In this document: positions 10,488 through 20,659 of the stretch, in pieces
How the letters are laid out: every line of letters starts with the position of its first letter
Numbering within the stretch: position 1 is the stretch's first letter
NCBI GenBank assembly: GCA_046582655.1
Contig: JAYGDX010000132.1
Location: 1 to 41,055, forward strand
Origin: Candidatus Poribacteria bacterium
GTDB lineage: Bacteria > Poribacteria > WGA-4E > UBA9662
DNA length: 41,055 nucleotides
Direction: 5' to 3'
Program-made: the position numbers and the translations under genes
Notes under the pieces: model-generated
Databases searched by the model: none
What the model saw: the letters and a program-made list of their open reading frames with translations, nothing else
What the model was told of the DNA's origin: nothing

Positions 10488-11579
10488 ATGATTAGAATTG
10501 GCAGACAATATTTGCCGTTAACTGTTACGCTAATAATTTTATTATCGGCCAATTTCTTAGTTCTAGATACAGAGGCGCAAAACCAATGGCGTCAGTTTAC
10601 CATGGCCAATGCCGACTATTCCTCCGATCTGATTATGACGGTATTGCCTTTTGATGCCATTCCAGCTATCATCGATCCCCGATTTGTAGAGGCTAACCAA
10701 GCCAAGTTGGATGTCAATTCGCCGATAATTGGTGTCAGTTTGAATGGTGATAGTCATGCGTATTCCATTCGTTTACTGAACGATCATGAGATTGTTAACG
10801 ACCAGGTTGGCGACATTCCCATAGCCACAACCTGGTGACCGCTTTGCAATACGGCTATCGTGTATAGCCGGGAGATTGACGGACAAGTATACACCTTTGG
10901 TGTTTCAGGTAAACTTTGGCGTGATGCCCTGCTGATGTATGACCATCAAACACGGAGCCTGTGGTCACATATTACCGGCCAAGCGGTGGAAGGTACTTGC
11001 CAGGGAAAACAGTTGAAGACACTGGTCAGTATGCCCAAGATCACTTGGCAGGTTTGGAAAACAAATTATCCTGAGACCAAAGTGCTTTCAGTTGCTTATA
11101 ATCCAAATCACCCCGGGCAACAACGGGAAGATGAAGTACAGGACAGGTATCGGCAGTACCACCGGAGTTCGAGAACCGGCATCAGCAGGATCAAATATAA
11201 TGATTTTCGGTTGCGAAACAAAGAGCAGGTTGTCGGTGCGCGCATTGATGGTCATTACCGTGCCTATCCTTTCTCCATTTTCAAGGGGAAAGCAGTTATC
11301 AATGATACCATAGATCAGACACCTGTCTTGGTTTTCCACCATAACGACTCAGGGGCAACTGCGGTTTTTCTTAGCTTGTTGGAAACAGAGAAACTTACTT
11401 TTGTCGACCATGCTGATTATCTGGTGCAAGACAAGCAAACAGAAACATTATGGAACCTGATTACAGGTACTGCGGTAAAAGGGCGACTGAAAGGGGAAAA
11501 ACTGAAGAGATATCCGGCTATCAACGTCTATTGGTTTGCCTGGGCGCGTTATCATCCTGAGACAACTGTTTATCGTTAG
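10488..11579 (+). CDS. DUF3179-family selenoprotein (363 aa, Sec at residue 117, UxxC motif), probably exported
   Basis: The two ORFs are in the same frame and joined by TGA 10836-10838, reading 'HEIVND...PIATTW-U-PLCNTAIVYSREIDG...FGVSGKL...MYDHQTRSLWS...YWFAWARYHPET'. U falls where the family has the first Cys of CPLC. SECIS-like hairpin follows; hydrophobic N-terminal signal peptide. Confidence 0.88.
10852..10870 (+). promoter_or_regulatory. Bacterial SECIS-like hairpin
   Basis: CGGCTAT-CGTGT-ATAGCCG: perfect 7-bp stem starting 13 nt after the UGA, with a 5-nt loop that has G in position 2. Confidence 0.75.
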
Positions 11580-12887
11580 TCATAGGGCTCCATCGCCCAC
11601 CTGAGAAACATCAATGCTGTGTTGACCTGGCACGTTTGTGTGCCAATCCATGCATATTGGATAATCCGAAGGAAAATCAGGTTCAGGCATGGTTTTGGCA
11701 CGTTGAGCAACCAGTTTTTGATCCCCAATTACAGTCAGGGTTTCCTTCAAGTAATCCATTCGAACTAGAGTTTCACTTTGGTAAAGACTGATGGCGTCCA
11801 CACCTGCCTGATATTGTTTTTTTGCCCAATTGTAAACTGGTTGGGGATCGAAAAAACCGGTGTTTTGCTGGGTACCGCTTTCAATTAGTTTCTTTGATCC
11901 GATTCCGCCGATACATATCTTGTTGTGTCGGTGTGCTACTTCAACGTGATAAGCATGATAATGTCCGGGATCATCTCGGCAAAGAGGAAATGGACTCAAC
12001 ATCAATCCGTCGATCAAATCCTTAGCACACCACCTTTCAATATCGAGCCCGAAAGCAATCATCAACCAGGGAGCATTGTCTGGAACACGAGTGATAATGG
12101 GGCAAGCATATCCCAGCATCTTTTCCTGTTTTTGGACAGCCTGCCTCAACTTTTTCATGAATCCGGTCAGGATATCTGCTCGATACTGGAACCATTGCTG
12201 GAAATCGTCCGGATTGCGGGATTGGATCTTTCGGGGATCGACACTGTGTTTAGCTATGAAAGGATCGACCAGTGCTGGATGGTACATCAGTATGGGGATC
12301 TGCCGACAAAAATCAAGAACCAGTCCATCAACACCAATCCTCTGAATTTCTAACAGGATATCGATTCGTTCCTGCTGCACCTCTTCAGTCGCGTAACAGA
12401 GACGATGCGGAACAGGGTTACCCAGTTTGGTCTTTTCATGCAGATGCTGATTATCGTAGGCGAAGCGGGAAGTCACACCAGCATAATCCGCTGAGCCGTA
12501 ATGCCTGTTCATGCCCAACCGACCTAGTATCGGCATGCTGCGATCCCGGCAGAGGGAAATCGCCTGTCGCAGAGGACAGATTTTCTCCATAATTTTGGTG
12601 ACAAACGACCAATCCTGCCCACCGACCAGATGGCTGTCCACACACTGCATTGTTGCGTTGGGTAGGTCTGACCAGTAATCCACCACCGATCGGCCGCAGT
12701 TCCATACCATATGATTGATACCCCAATGCTGGTGCAGATCAATGCATTGATCAATAACCTCAGGTCCTGAGCAAGGTTTGTTGTAGTTGGTATAGTAGCA
12801 CATCCACTCGGATATACCCATCACCGGATGATGTTGGATCTGGCTGTCTATTGGTGCCGTATTGAACTTAGGTTTCATGGAATTCAT
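11580..12887 (-). CDS. Glycoside hydrolase-like TIM-barrel protein (GHL10/DUF187-like)
   Basis: 'RLGMNRHY', 'LCYATEEVQQERIDILLE', 'VDGLVLDFCR', 'GLDIERW', 'AGVDAISLY'. Its stop codon directly abuts the convergent DUF3179 stop. Confidence 0.6.
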   Translation of the reverse strand: MNSMKPKFNTAPIDSQIQHHPVMGISEWMCYYTNYNKPCSGPEVIDQCIDLHQHWGINHMVWNCGRSVVDYWSDLPNATMQCVDSHLVGGQDWSFVTKIMEKICPLRQAISLCRDRSMPILGRLGMNRHYGSADYAGVTSRFAYDNQHLHEKTKLGNPVPHRLCYATEEVQQERIDILLEIQRIGVDGLVLDFCRQIPILMYHPALVDPFIAKHSVDPRKIQSRNPDDFQQWFQYRADILTGFMKKLRQAVQKQEKMLGYACPIITRVPDNAPWLMIAFGLDIERWCAKDLIDGLMLSPFPLCRDDPGHYHAYHVEVAHRHNKICIGGIGSKKLIESGTQQNTGFFDPQPVYNWAKKQYQAGVDAISLYQSETLVRMDYLKETLTVIGDQKLVAQRAKTMPEPDFPSDYPICMDWHTNVPGQHSIDVSQVGDGAL

Positions 12888-13042
12888 TGATCAAGAAGTG
12901 AGATACCATTTTTATATTCTGCCATAGTTGGGTTCTGTTGCCAACCCAAATTTCTATTAAACGATTTCCGAGTTGACAAATAAAATAGGATATATCATTA
13001 TTTCATTCGCTGGAATGCATTTTAACTCGAAATTAATCGGAA

Positions 13043-14491
13043 ATGATTGTGCGTATTGCTATCGGTGGGATGAGTCATGAAGGAACAACCTTTTCGCCGC
13101 TGTTGACAGATCTGGAAGATTTGGTCGTTACCAGAGGAGAAGACTTATTATTGGATGACAATCTGCGCCAACTCTACCGTCAGCATAACGTAGAGATCGT
13201 ACCAACACTGTTTGCGAGGGGGACACCGTCAGGAATCATTAAAAAGTCGTGTTATCAGGTATTAAAAAACGAAATTCTGCAAAAGATCAAGTTGGCTAAA
13301 GATCTGGACGGTATCTGCCTGACATTGCATGGTGCCATGGAAGTTGAGGAAGTTGGTGACGGTGAAGGTGACTTGGTGAGTTCAATCCGTGCTGTGGTGG
13401 GAGAAGATGTGCTGATCTCGGTCAGCCTTGATCTTCACGGCAACCTGACTTCGAAGCTGGTTGAATCGGTGGATCTCTTGACCGCTTACCGAACTGCGCC
13501 CCATCGTGATGCTGCAGAAACACGTTGTCGTGCAGCATCTTTGTTAATTCATGCTTGGCAGAATAACCTGAAACCGAAAACAGCTTGGATTCCGGTGCCA
13601 ATTTTACTGCCGGGTGAGAAAGTAATTACGGAATTGGAACCTGCGGCTTCTCTGTACGCTATGATTGAAGAGGTAAATCAGGTGCCGGGTATCCTAGACA
13701 CATCAATTATGGTTGGTTTTGCTTGGGCAGATGTTCCCCATGCTTCGGCAAGCGTTGTGGTAATAGCTGAGAATGATAGGGACATGGCCTATGAGCAGGC
13801 GGAACGTTTGGCTGAAACCTTCTGGAATCGAAGGGAAGCATTTCACTTTGATGTCGAGACCTACCCGGTAGACGAATCCATTGATGAGGCCTTGTCTTTT
13901 GCTCAAAAACCGGTTTTTATCTCCGACTCCGGTGATAACCCGACAGCAGGTGCAACAGGGGATATCCCTATCTTTCTTGAACGGTTATTAGCCAAAAATG
14001 TCAAGAATGCGGTGGTTGCGGCTATCGCAGATGCGAAAGCGGTTAAAACCTGTGTTGCAGAAGGGTTAGGATCGAAAATGTCTCTGTCAATTGGCGGGAA
14101 ACTGGATACGATACACGCCGAGCCACTTACGATTACCGGGCGGGTAACCTTTTTGTCCGATGACAGCAAGACCGCAGTCTTTCAGATTGATGGAGAGGAT
14201 TCAGCACACAATGGGATCGAGGTCATTCTGACGGCTGACCGCCGTGCCTTCATTTCTCCCGACCAGTTTAAAGCCCTCAATATTGATCTGTTTTCGCGGG
14301 ATATTGTTGTTGTCAAACTAGGTTATTTATTCCCGGAACTACGAGATATCGCACCCAGGTCAATTATGGCTTTGTCCCCTGGAGTCAGTAACGAAGACAT
14401 TGAGAGTTTACCATTCAATCGAGTTCGAAGACCTATCTATCCTTTAGATCGGGATTTTGAATGGTCTCCATCTCGGCATGCATTGCGTTAA
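13043..14491 (+). CDS. M81 family metallopeptidase (MlrC-like)
   Basis: 'HEGTTFSP', 'LHGAM', 'SLDLHGN', 'YRTAPHRD', 'DSGDNPTAG', 'VVKLGY'. Confidence 0.92.
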   Translation: MIVRIAIGGMSHEGTTFSPLLTDLEDLVVTRGEDLLLDDNLRQLYRQHNVEIVPTLFARGTPSGIIKKSCYQVLKNEILQKIKLAKDLDGICLTLHGAMEVEEVGDGEGDLVSSIRAVVGEDVLISVSLDLHGNLTSKLVESVDLLTAYRTAPHRDAAETRCRAASLLIHAWQNNLKPKTAWIPVPILLPGEKVITELEPAASLYAMIEEVNQVPGILDTSIMVGFAWADVPHASASVVVIAENDRDMAYEQAERLAETFWNRREAFHFDVETYPVDESIDEALSFAQKPVFISDSGDNPTAGATGDIPIFLERLLAKNVKNAVVAAIADAKAVKTCVAEGLGSKMSLSIGGKLDTIHAEPLTITGRVTFLSDDSKTAVFQIDGEDSAHNGIEVILTADRRAFISPDQFKALNIDLFSRDIVVVKLGYLFPELRDIAPRSIMALSPGVSNEDIESLPFNRVRRPIYPLDRDFEWSPSRHALR

Positions 14492-14527
14492 AATGAAGTA
14501 AATCACTTATCTAGAGGAATAAATTCT

Positions 14528-15562
14528 ATGGCAATCAAAACTTGTTTGATGATTGGTGGCAGTGGGATGGCTGGCGGTTGGATTAACCGATTGGTTAATG
14601 AATTCAGCGATCAGGTGAAAATTATCGGATTAGCCGATATCCAACAAAAGGTGCTAGATCAGCAAGCGGAAACACTAGGCTTGGGAAAAGATCAGTTGTT
14701 TACTGACTTTAATCAAGCCTGCGCAACGGTCAAAGCCGATTTTTGTGGTGTGGCGACGCCTCCCCCTTTTCATAGTCCGGCAACCATAGCCGCCATGGAA
14801 AACGGCATGCCGGTCATTTGCGAGAAACCGATTGCTGATACACTTGAGGCAGCCAAGGCGATGGTGCGCACGTCACGAGAGACAAATTTGCCCTGTGCTA
14901 TCATCCAGAATTATCGTTATGCGGCCAATAAGCAGGAACTGGTGAGGATCAGAGAAGAAGGAAGATTAGGACGTCTCCAGCATGTTTTCAGTCGCTATGC
15001 TTGTGATTATCGCAGGCCTGGTTCTTGGGGCAAGGCTTGGCGGCATGACATGGACTTCAGCCTGCTCTTTGAAGGCTCGGTACACCATTTTGATATGTTG
15101 CGTTTCCTCTCCGGAGGTGATTGTGAGACATTGACGGGTTTTGGTTGGAATCCGGAGTGGTCAAGTTTTAAACACTTTTCCAGTGGCTATTACCTGATGA
15201 AAATGAATAACGGTGTCCATGCATGTTATGAAGGCAATAGCTCGGCCGCGGGTATTACCAATTGCTGGAATAGTGAGTATTACCGACTTGAGTTCGAAGA
15301 AGGAACTGTCGAAATCTCCGGTGGGAATCAAATTAAGATTTACCGGGTCGGTCAGGAAACAGAGACCTATGAAGCACCAAGTATTGAGCGGTTGGCTCAC
15401 GGTTACCTTTTTGATGAGTTTATTGGTTGGCTTGATGGCGGGAAACCTTCAGCTACGCAGATCTCAGACAATATCAAGAGTTTCATCATGGTAATTGCGG
15501 CTATGGAAACGACAGATGACGGTAGCCCCAAACAGATGACGGAATATTTGAAAGATCTGTGA
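14528..15562 (+). CDS. Gfo/Idh/MocA family oxidoreductase
   Basis: 'IGGSGMA', 'TPPPFH', 'CEKPIA', 'QNYRY', 'HHFDMLRF'. Confidence 0.9.
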   Translation: MAIKTCLMIGGSGMAGGWINRLVNEFSDQVKIIGLADIQQKVLDQQAETLGLGKDQLFTDFNQACATVKADFCGVATPPPFHSPATIAAMENGMPVICEKPIADTLEAAKAMVRTSRETNLPCAIIQNYRYAANKQELVRIREEGRLGRLQHVFSRYACDYRRPGSWGKAWRHDMDFSLLFEGSVHHFDMLRFLSGGDCETLTGFGWNPEWSSFKHFSSGYYLMKMNNGVHACYEGNSSAAGITNCWNSEYYRLEFEEGTVEISGGNQIKIYRVGQETETYEAPSIERLAHGYLFDEFIGWLDGGKPSATQISDNIKSFIMVIAAMETTDDGSPKQMTEYLKDL

Positions 15563-15658
15563 TGTCAGACCATCTATACGAGATAGATTTTGTCAGCCAA
15601 GATAATAAACACCAATCTAAAGCAGGCCATGCCAATTGTTCCTGGGCAGGAGAACGCT

Positions 15659-15993
15659 ATGAATAAAAGGACAACATTCCTGTTTCGTCATGATGGCGAG
15701 ATATGGCCAATTGTTGAAAGATGGGCCAGTGAAAGTGGTTACCGACTGTAAAGATTCCACCGGCTCTGAACGTACATACTAAAAAAGTGTTGGTGTTAAA
15801 GGTCAAGTAAGGATGATCCGGAAACGACATTTGAAGCTTGGATTAGAGTAAATGTTACTGTCCGCCTGATGCTGCTCTTCATCCTCCCTTCTGAAATGGG
15901 GCTAGAGTCGGGAGGCTTTAGACTTGCTGAAACATTGCACGAAAGGATGTGGACGAACTGATCAATCAACTGGGACAGTCACCCATTTCATGA
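15659..15993 (+). pseudogene. Disrupted small hypothetical protein
   Basis: RBS AGGAG then MNKRTTFLFRHDGEIWPIVERWASESGYRL*. Protein-like segments continue in shifted frames: 'DSTGSERTY*K', 'FEAWIRVNVTVRLMLLFILPSEMGLESGGFR', 'IARKDVDELINQLGQSPIS*'. Confidence 0.5.
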
Positions 15994-16513
15994 CAGAAGG
16001 GTTGAAACATGTGCTTAGGAATACCAGTTGGAAAAAGGGATCTCAAGGAGATCGATTTTTTATGTACTGCTCAAAAAGGGGCGGTGGGTGACCTACTACG
16101 CCATTATGGCTTAGCAGACAACATTGCTCTCACCATCCGTTGGGATTCCCCCACGCCCAGTTGTGGAGATCCTCCACAACTGGCTGCCTCCAGAGTGACA
16201 AGTAGAAATGCGAGATTCCCACGTGCCGATTGGCTTCGAAGCATTTTTTTATGCCTAATACCGTCCTTGCTTCAAGTTTAAGCAAGTTATGGTTGAAAGA
16301 AATGGAATCGGCACAAATCAATGGAATAAGGATTGGATACCCTCAAAGATATCTTCTCTCAAGGTTTCGAAAAAACATGTCAGCGATCTCGGCAGAGGAT
16401 AGACTCAGCACAAAGTGGGGATTCCTTAAGATATCATACTATTTATTAGATTGGTCATGTCATGCTTCCACTTGGAAGTTGGTGACTTTTTTGTAACTAT
16501 ATAGGAGGAAAAT

Positions 16514-17350
16514 ATGGCTTTCGAACTCAACACTAAAGGTAAATACAGAGAACTCACACCATCGTATCAGGGATCACGCTATCAAGACGGCCGGCCCAAA
16601 GTGAACGAGGACCTCCTCAGACGAATGAAACAGGTAACGATCGAGGAGGCTTGGGGAACACTGGGCGGCAAGGGGCATCATTTCCAGTTCGACGGAGACT
16701 GGCTAAATCTACATCCTGACCGCGTCATTGTTGGCCGCGCTGTCACCTGTCGCTACGTGCCGCATCGGCCGGACCTCAACGAAATTGTCGAGGCCGATGG
16801 TGAGCGCAACAAACGCGTCGGTGGCCAGAATTCCTGGGTTATCGACATGTTGGTCAAAGACGATGTGCTGGTGGTCGAACTTTTCGGCAAGATTGCCAAG
16901 GGTACCTTTATCGGCGATAACCTGGGCACAGCCATCAACGTCAATACCGGTGGTACTGGCGTGGTGATCGACGGCAGTATCCGAGATGACGAGCGCGTGC
17001 GCCAACTGTCCTTCAACGTACTGTGCCGAGGTACTCACCCGACGGCTATCGGCGAAGTCACCATGGTCGAAATAAACGGCCCAGTGCGCATCGGCAATGC
17101 CACCTGCATACCTGGCGATGTCGTGCTAGCCAAAGAGTCGGGCGTGGTCTTTATCCCACCGCAGTACGCCAATGAAGTGGTCGAGCGTTCGGAGGATGTG
17201 CGCCTGCGAGACTACTGGGGCAAAAAGAGCATCGCTGACGGCCGTTACACGCCGGGCGAGGTCGACCGCAAGTGGTCAGAAAAGATGGAAAATGAGTTCG
17301 AGTGCTGGAAGGAAAAGATCGACGTACAGGAGATCTTTGCCCAACTCTAA
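16514..17350 (+). CDS. RraA / HMG-CHA aldolase-like family protein
   Basis: RBS AGGAGG; 'VGRAVT', 'FIGDNL', 'VVIDGSIRD', 'PVRIGNATCIPGDVVLA', 'GVVFIP'. Visibly GC-richer than its flanks. Confidence 0.9.
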   Translation: MAFELNTKGKYRELTPSYQGSRYQDGRPKVNEDLLRRMKQVTIEEAWGTLGGKGHHFQFDGDWLNLHPDRVIVGRAVTCRYVPHRPDLNEIVEADGERNKRVGGQNSWVIDMLVKDDVLVVELFGKIAKGTFIGDNLGTAINVNTGGTGVVIDGSIRDDERVRQLSFNVLCRGTHPTAIGEVTMVEINGPVRIGNATCIPGDVVLAKESGVVFIPPQYANEVVERSEDVRLRDYWGKKSIADGRYTPGEVDRKWSEKMENEFECWKEKIDVQEIFAQL

Positions 17351-17563
17351 ATGACTGGTGACACCGGGAATAATTTTTTGAGTACGCCATGGAGACAAAG
17401 TATGTCAAAGCCACGATTATCCCTAATGAAATGAAGGTATTGATAGAGTCAGGGAGCCAAACAAAAAAGAGCCAGCGCGATAAATGAAAATACGAACTAC
17501 ACAGCGTGACACCTAGGACAAAAGTGCCACCATCACTGCATTGTCATTCACAAGGAGGGAACA

Positions 17564-18570
17564 ATGAAGTGAGAGTTTTGGTTGCCAGTGGAACCAGTGT
17601 AGTGGGTCAAGCCACTGTGGAACGGCTGGTAGAGCATGCTGGGATGTCCGTGTGATTGACCTGGAGACGGACATTGAGATACTCGGTGCGGATCATCATC
17701 AGCTATGTGACATTACCCATTACCCAACAACCTGCGAGGAAGTGTGCAGGGCTATCATCTGGCGTTTCATCTGGCTGCTGTGCCCAATACAACATATGGA
17801 TCCAGACCTGAACTTTTTCAAATCAATGTTCTGGGAACCTATTAATTTGAGACTGTTGTTGATGAAGGTATTCAGAAGTTGGTCCAAGCTAGTTCACCCA
17901 ATGCTTTTGGTTGCTATTAGGTAACAGGAACATCAGCCCTGAGTATTTACCCATAGATGAAGACCACCCGACTTGTGCTACTGACCCATATTTATTTTCC
18001 AAAAGTGTCATTGAAAACATCGGGGAGTATTATTAGCGCATAGGAGGCATTTCAAGTGTTGCCTTGCGCTAACCCGGCGTTTGGTCGCGAGAACGCATCA
18101 ACAACCAAGGATTTCACCAATGGCGGAAAAAAGTATGCGGGTTAATTGAGGATCTTGCCGCACAGCCAGAGGAGGAACAGCACACGACTGGCACAGGCCC
18201 AACAGATGGCGATTGCCTATCATTATCAAAAACGGATGGAGTATCTACTATCCCAAAAGGGCTTCAAGTCAAAAGGGTTTTCGGATGATCTACTTTGGCC
18301 GGTCTATACTTGCTTTAATTTCTGGCTCTCGTCGATGAACATGACTCCGCCCAATCGATTAAAAAGGGCTAATGGCAAACTATGAAGGTAATCACGCTCT
18401 TTCTTATAAACGCGACGCATAACTTCCTCGGCGATGACTCGAGAACTTTGACTTGTCTGTTCTTTCCTGAAGTCAAGACTTGGAAAAATGCGGTAAAAGG
18501 TACAGAATCTCCGGTCAGCCTTGATAAAGCCAAGGCACTAATTGAATTTGAGCCAGAACCTCCAGTATGA
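17564..18570 (+). pseudogene. NAD-dependent epimerase/dehydratase, heavily degraded
   Basis: RBS AAGGAGG + ATG. Fragments across frames: 'RVLVASGTSVVGQATVERL', 'INVLGTY*', 'VQASSPNA', 'YLPIDEDHP...DPYLFSK' (YxxxK), 'EYY*RIGGISSVALR*PGV', 'VSLDKAKALIEFEP'. Confidence 0.82.
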
Positions 18571-18676
18571 TACTATCCATATACTTCCTACGTTGACAGC
18601 AAGCGGAAGTTCTATAACTTAGCAGATTAAAACGTTGTCTTTGCCATTTTACAGTATAACGTGGAGTGAGTTTTAT

Positions 18677-19513
18677 ATGAAAATCAAAGTTAGTTCTGAA
18701 GAATTGACCAAGAGGGAATTGTCCGCATCCCACCTCAGACAGGCAATCGAAGCCATTCGTGAAGAAGGATATATTATTCTTGGAAACATCGTCTCGCACA
18801 ACCATTTGGACCTTTTGAACGAGAAGATGACACAGGATTCGCACACAATAGTCAGTTCCGATTCCGACAGAGGGGAAGGCCGACGCGCTATCGGCCACTT
18901 GCAGCAGGGCGCGCCACCTTTTGCCCCCTATATCTTTTCCGACATTGTCGCAAATCCGATCGTTGAACATGTCTCGACCACTCTGCTCGGAGAAGGTGCT
19001 TTTAATGGTTTTTACAATGGAAATACAAACACGCCTGGAAGTACTCAACAGAACTTACACATGGATACCGGCCACCTCTGGCCAAACCTGAATCCTTCTC
19101 ATCCGACAGCATCAGTCGTTGTCAATATTCCCATGATAGATGTCACTGAAGAGCGTGGGGCAATTGAACTTTGGCCGGGGACTCACCTCGCCGGCGATGT
19201 GTCTCGCCGTCTTGATGAGGTGACCGAGGAAGCGCAACGTAAAGTCAGACCGCCTGTGCGCGGAACCACTCAGAAGGGCGATGTTCTCATACGGGACATG
19301 CGACTTTGGCACCGTGGTGTCCCGAACCTATCTGACACGCATCGCCATATGATTGCATTAGTACACTACGCCGGTTGGCTCCACCGTGGGCGGACAATCC
19401 GGTATGTCAAAGGGTGTGAGGGGGCATTTAAGAATAGTCTAGTTGATCCCCACGCGACCTTTCTTGATGAACCGCATGACTATCTCTTTGACTATCGCGG
19501 CCCAAATACATAG
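18677..19513 (+). CDS. Phytanoyl-CoA dioxygenase (PhyH) family Fe(II)/2-oxoglutarate dioxygenase
   Basis: 'EEGYIIL', 'QNLHMD' (HxD), 'GAIELWPGTH', 'GDVLIRDMRLWHRG'. ATG 18677 follows GGAG. Confidence 0.92.
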   Translation: MKIKVSSEELTKRELSASHLRQAIEAIREEGYIILGNIVSHNHLDLLNEKMTQDSHTIVSSDSDRGEGRRAIGHLQQGAPPFAPYIFSDIVANPIVEHVSTTLLGEGAFNGFYNGNTNTPGSTQQNLHMDTGHLWPNLNPSHPTASVVVNIPMIDVTEERGAIELWPGTHLAGDVSRRLDEVTEEAQRKVRPPVRGTTQKGDVLIRDMRLWHRGVPNLSDTHRHMIALVHYAGWLHRGRTIRYVKGCEGAFKNSLVDPHATFLDEPHDYLFDYRGPNT

Positions 19514-19660
19514 AGAAGCAACTCGCTACTGGCCATCAGATACCGTGAGGTTAATATCACAGTGAGCGACGGTCTGTTTGAAGAGATAACGCAACGGCTG
19601 GTTGACCTGTTCCAATATAGTATACTATAAGTCTATCATTGGATTTGGAGGAGCTATAGG

Positions 19661-19777
19661 ATGTTCAACTGTCCCAGTTGTAACAGTAAGTGAGTTGTTA
19701 AGAACGGACAAATTCATAATGGAAAAAAGAATTTCAATTGCCGTCAATGCGGTCGGAAATTTGTGAAAAACCCGTGA
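19661..19777 (+). mobile_element. IS1-family transposase N-terminal zinc-ribbon remnant
   Basis: RBS GGAGGAG then MFNCPSCNSK*VVKNGQIHNGKKNFNCRQCGRKFVKNP*, the InsA-type CPxC...KNG...CxxCGRxF pattern, with an internal TGA at 19691. Confidence 0.8.
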
Positions 19778-20354
19778 TATCAGTAGCCAAACACGGGTCA
19801 TGTGGGATCAAGACTTTAGTTTTCAGTCTGCTGGTTTTTGTTTTAATCAGTCCAATTTTGAAGAAAATCACACCTTGGTTAGTTATGTTGCAGACAGATC
19901 TACAAACCATGTATGTTATGGTCGTCATATTGACCGCTATCAGCGGACACACGATGATGGGTTATCGGTTGCCTGTTATTACCCACGCATTTCGGCTCGC
20001 TTCTACCGTAGAATTCTTACGTCAAACTCACATTAATTACCTGATGCCGTTGGCGAATTTGATCTTGAGTTTGGAGAATATAAACCAACTGGATTTCAAA
20101 GCGTAATTGAGTAACGAATGATAAATGCTCAATGATAGATAAAGGAAAGAAGCACACTGAAGCCTAATGAGTGAAAAGAGAACGGTAAAAATGGTAAAAT
20201 ACCTTCATTGCTCAAATGAAGGAGAGGGAAATGTCACTCAAACCTCAACAGTGAGGCTAATATATTGCGTAAAAGGAAGCAGAAAGGAAATTCCTGATTG
20301 TATACAGGGGATTTGGTAACCCCTTTGAGAAAAGGTTCTCGTAACAAACTTCTT

Positions 20355-20394
20355 AAAAAAAGCCCGCCACTATCAAATGAGAAGCAACGGGCTT
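20355..20394 (-). terminator. Intrinsic terminator-like hairpin with no recognisable upstream gene
   Basis: Minus strand reads AAGCCCGTTGCT-loop-AGTGGCGGGC then T7; the stem contains G-U pairs. Confidence 0.5.
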
Positions 20395-20450
20395 CCCTTA
20401 CGCCAATTGTTTCCAGAACATAGAGCCGCTTGTAAGGAGGACATGAATAC

Positions 20451-20600
20451 GTGTTAAACTGGGGACTCATCGGTTCCGGTGGCATCGCCTATGTATTTTG
20501 CAATGGGATGCGTTTCTCAAACACAGGGCAGATTCTTGCCGTTGCCAGCCGCGCCCAATCACGCGCAGACAGACTTATCACCGACTTCGCTATCCCCTCC
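20451..20600 (+). pseudogene. N-terminal fragment of a Gfo/Idh/MocA oxidoreductase
   Basis: RBS AAGGAGG; 'LNWGLIGSGGIAYVF...QILAVASRAQSRAD...FAIP', after which similarity stops. Confidence 0.7.
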
Positions 20601-20659
20601 ATGACTCGTGAAAGATGTGCAGGAATATCCAAACAGATAGCGGAATACTGGAGAGATCT

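Noticed and set aside
16009..16496. Two short ORFs upstream of the RraA-like gene
   Set aside because: No recognisable motif; possibly decayed sequence, but nothing supportable.
19691..19693. Second selenocysteine codon near CPSC
   Set aside because: It lies at a non-Cys position in an IS1 remnant and no SECIS-like hairpin is evident.
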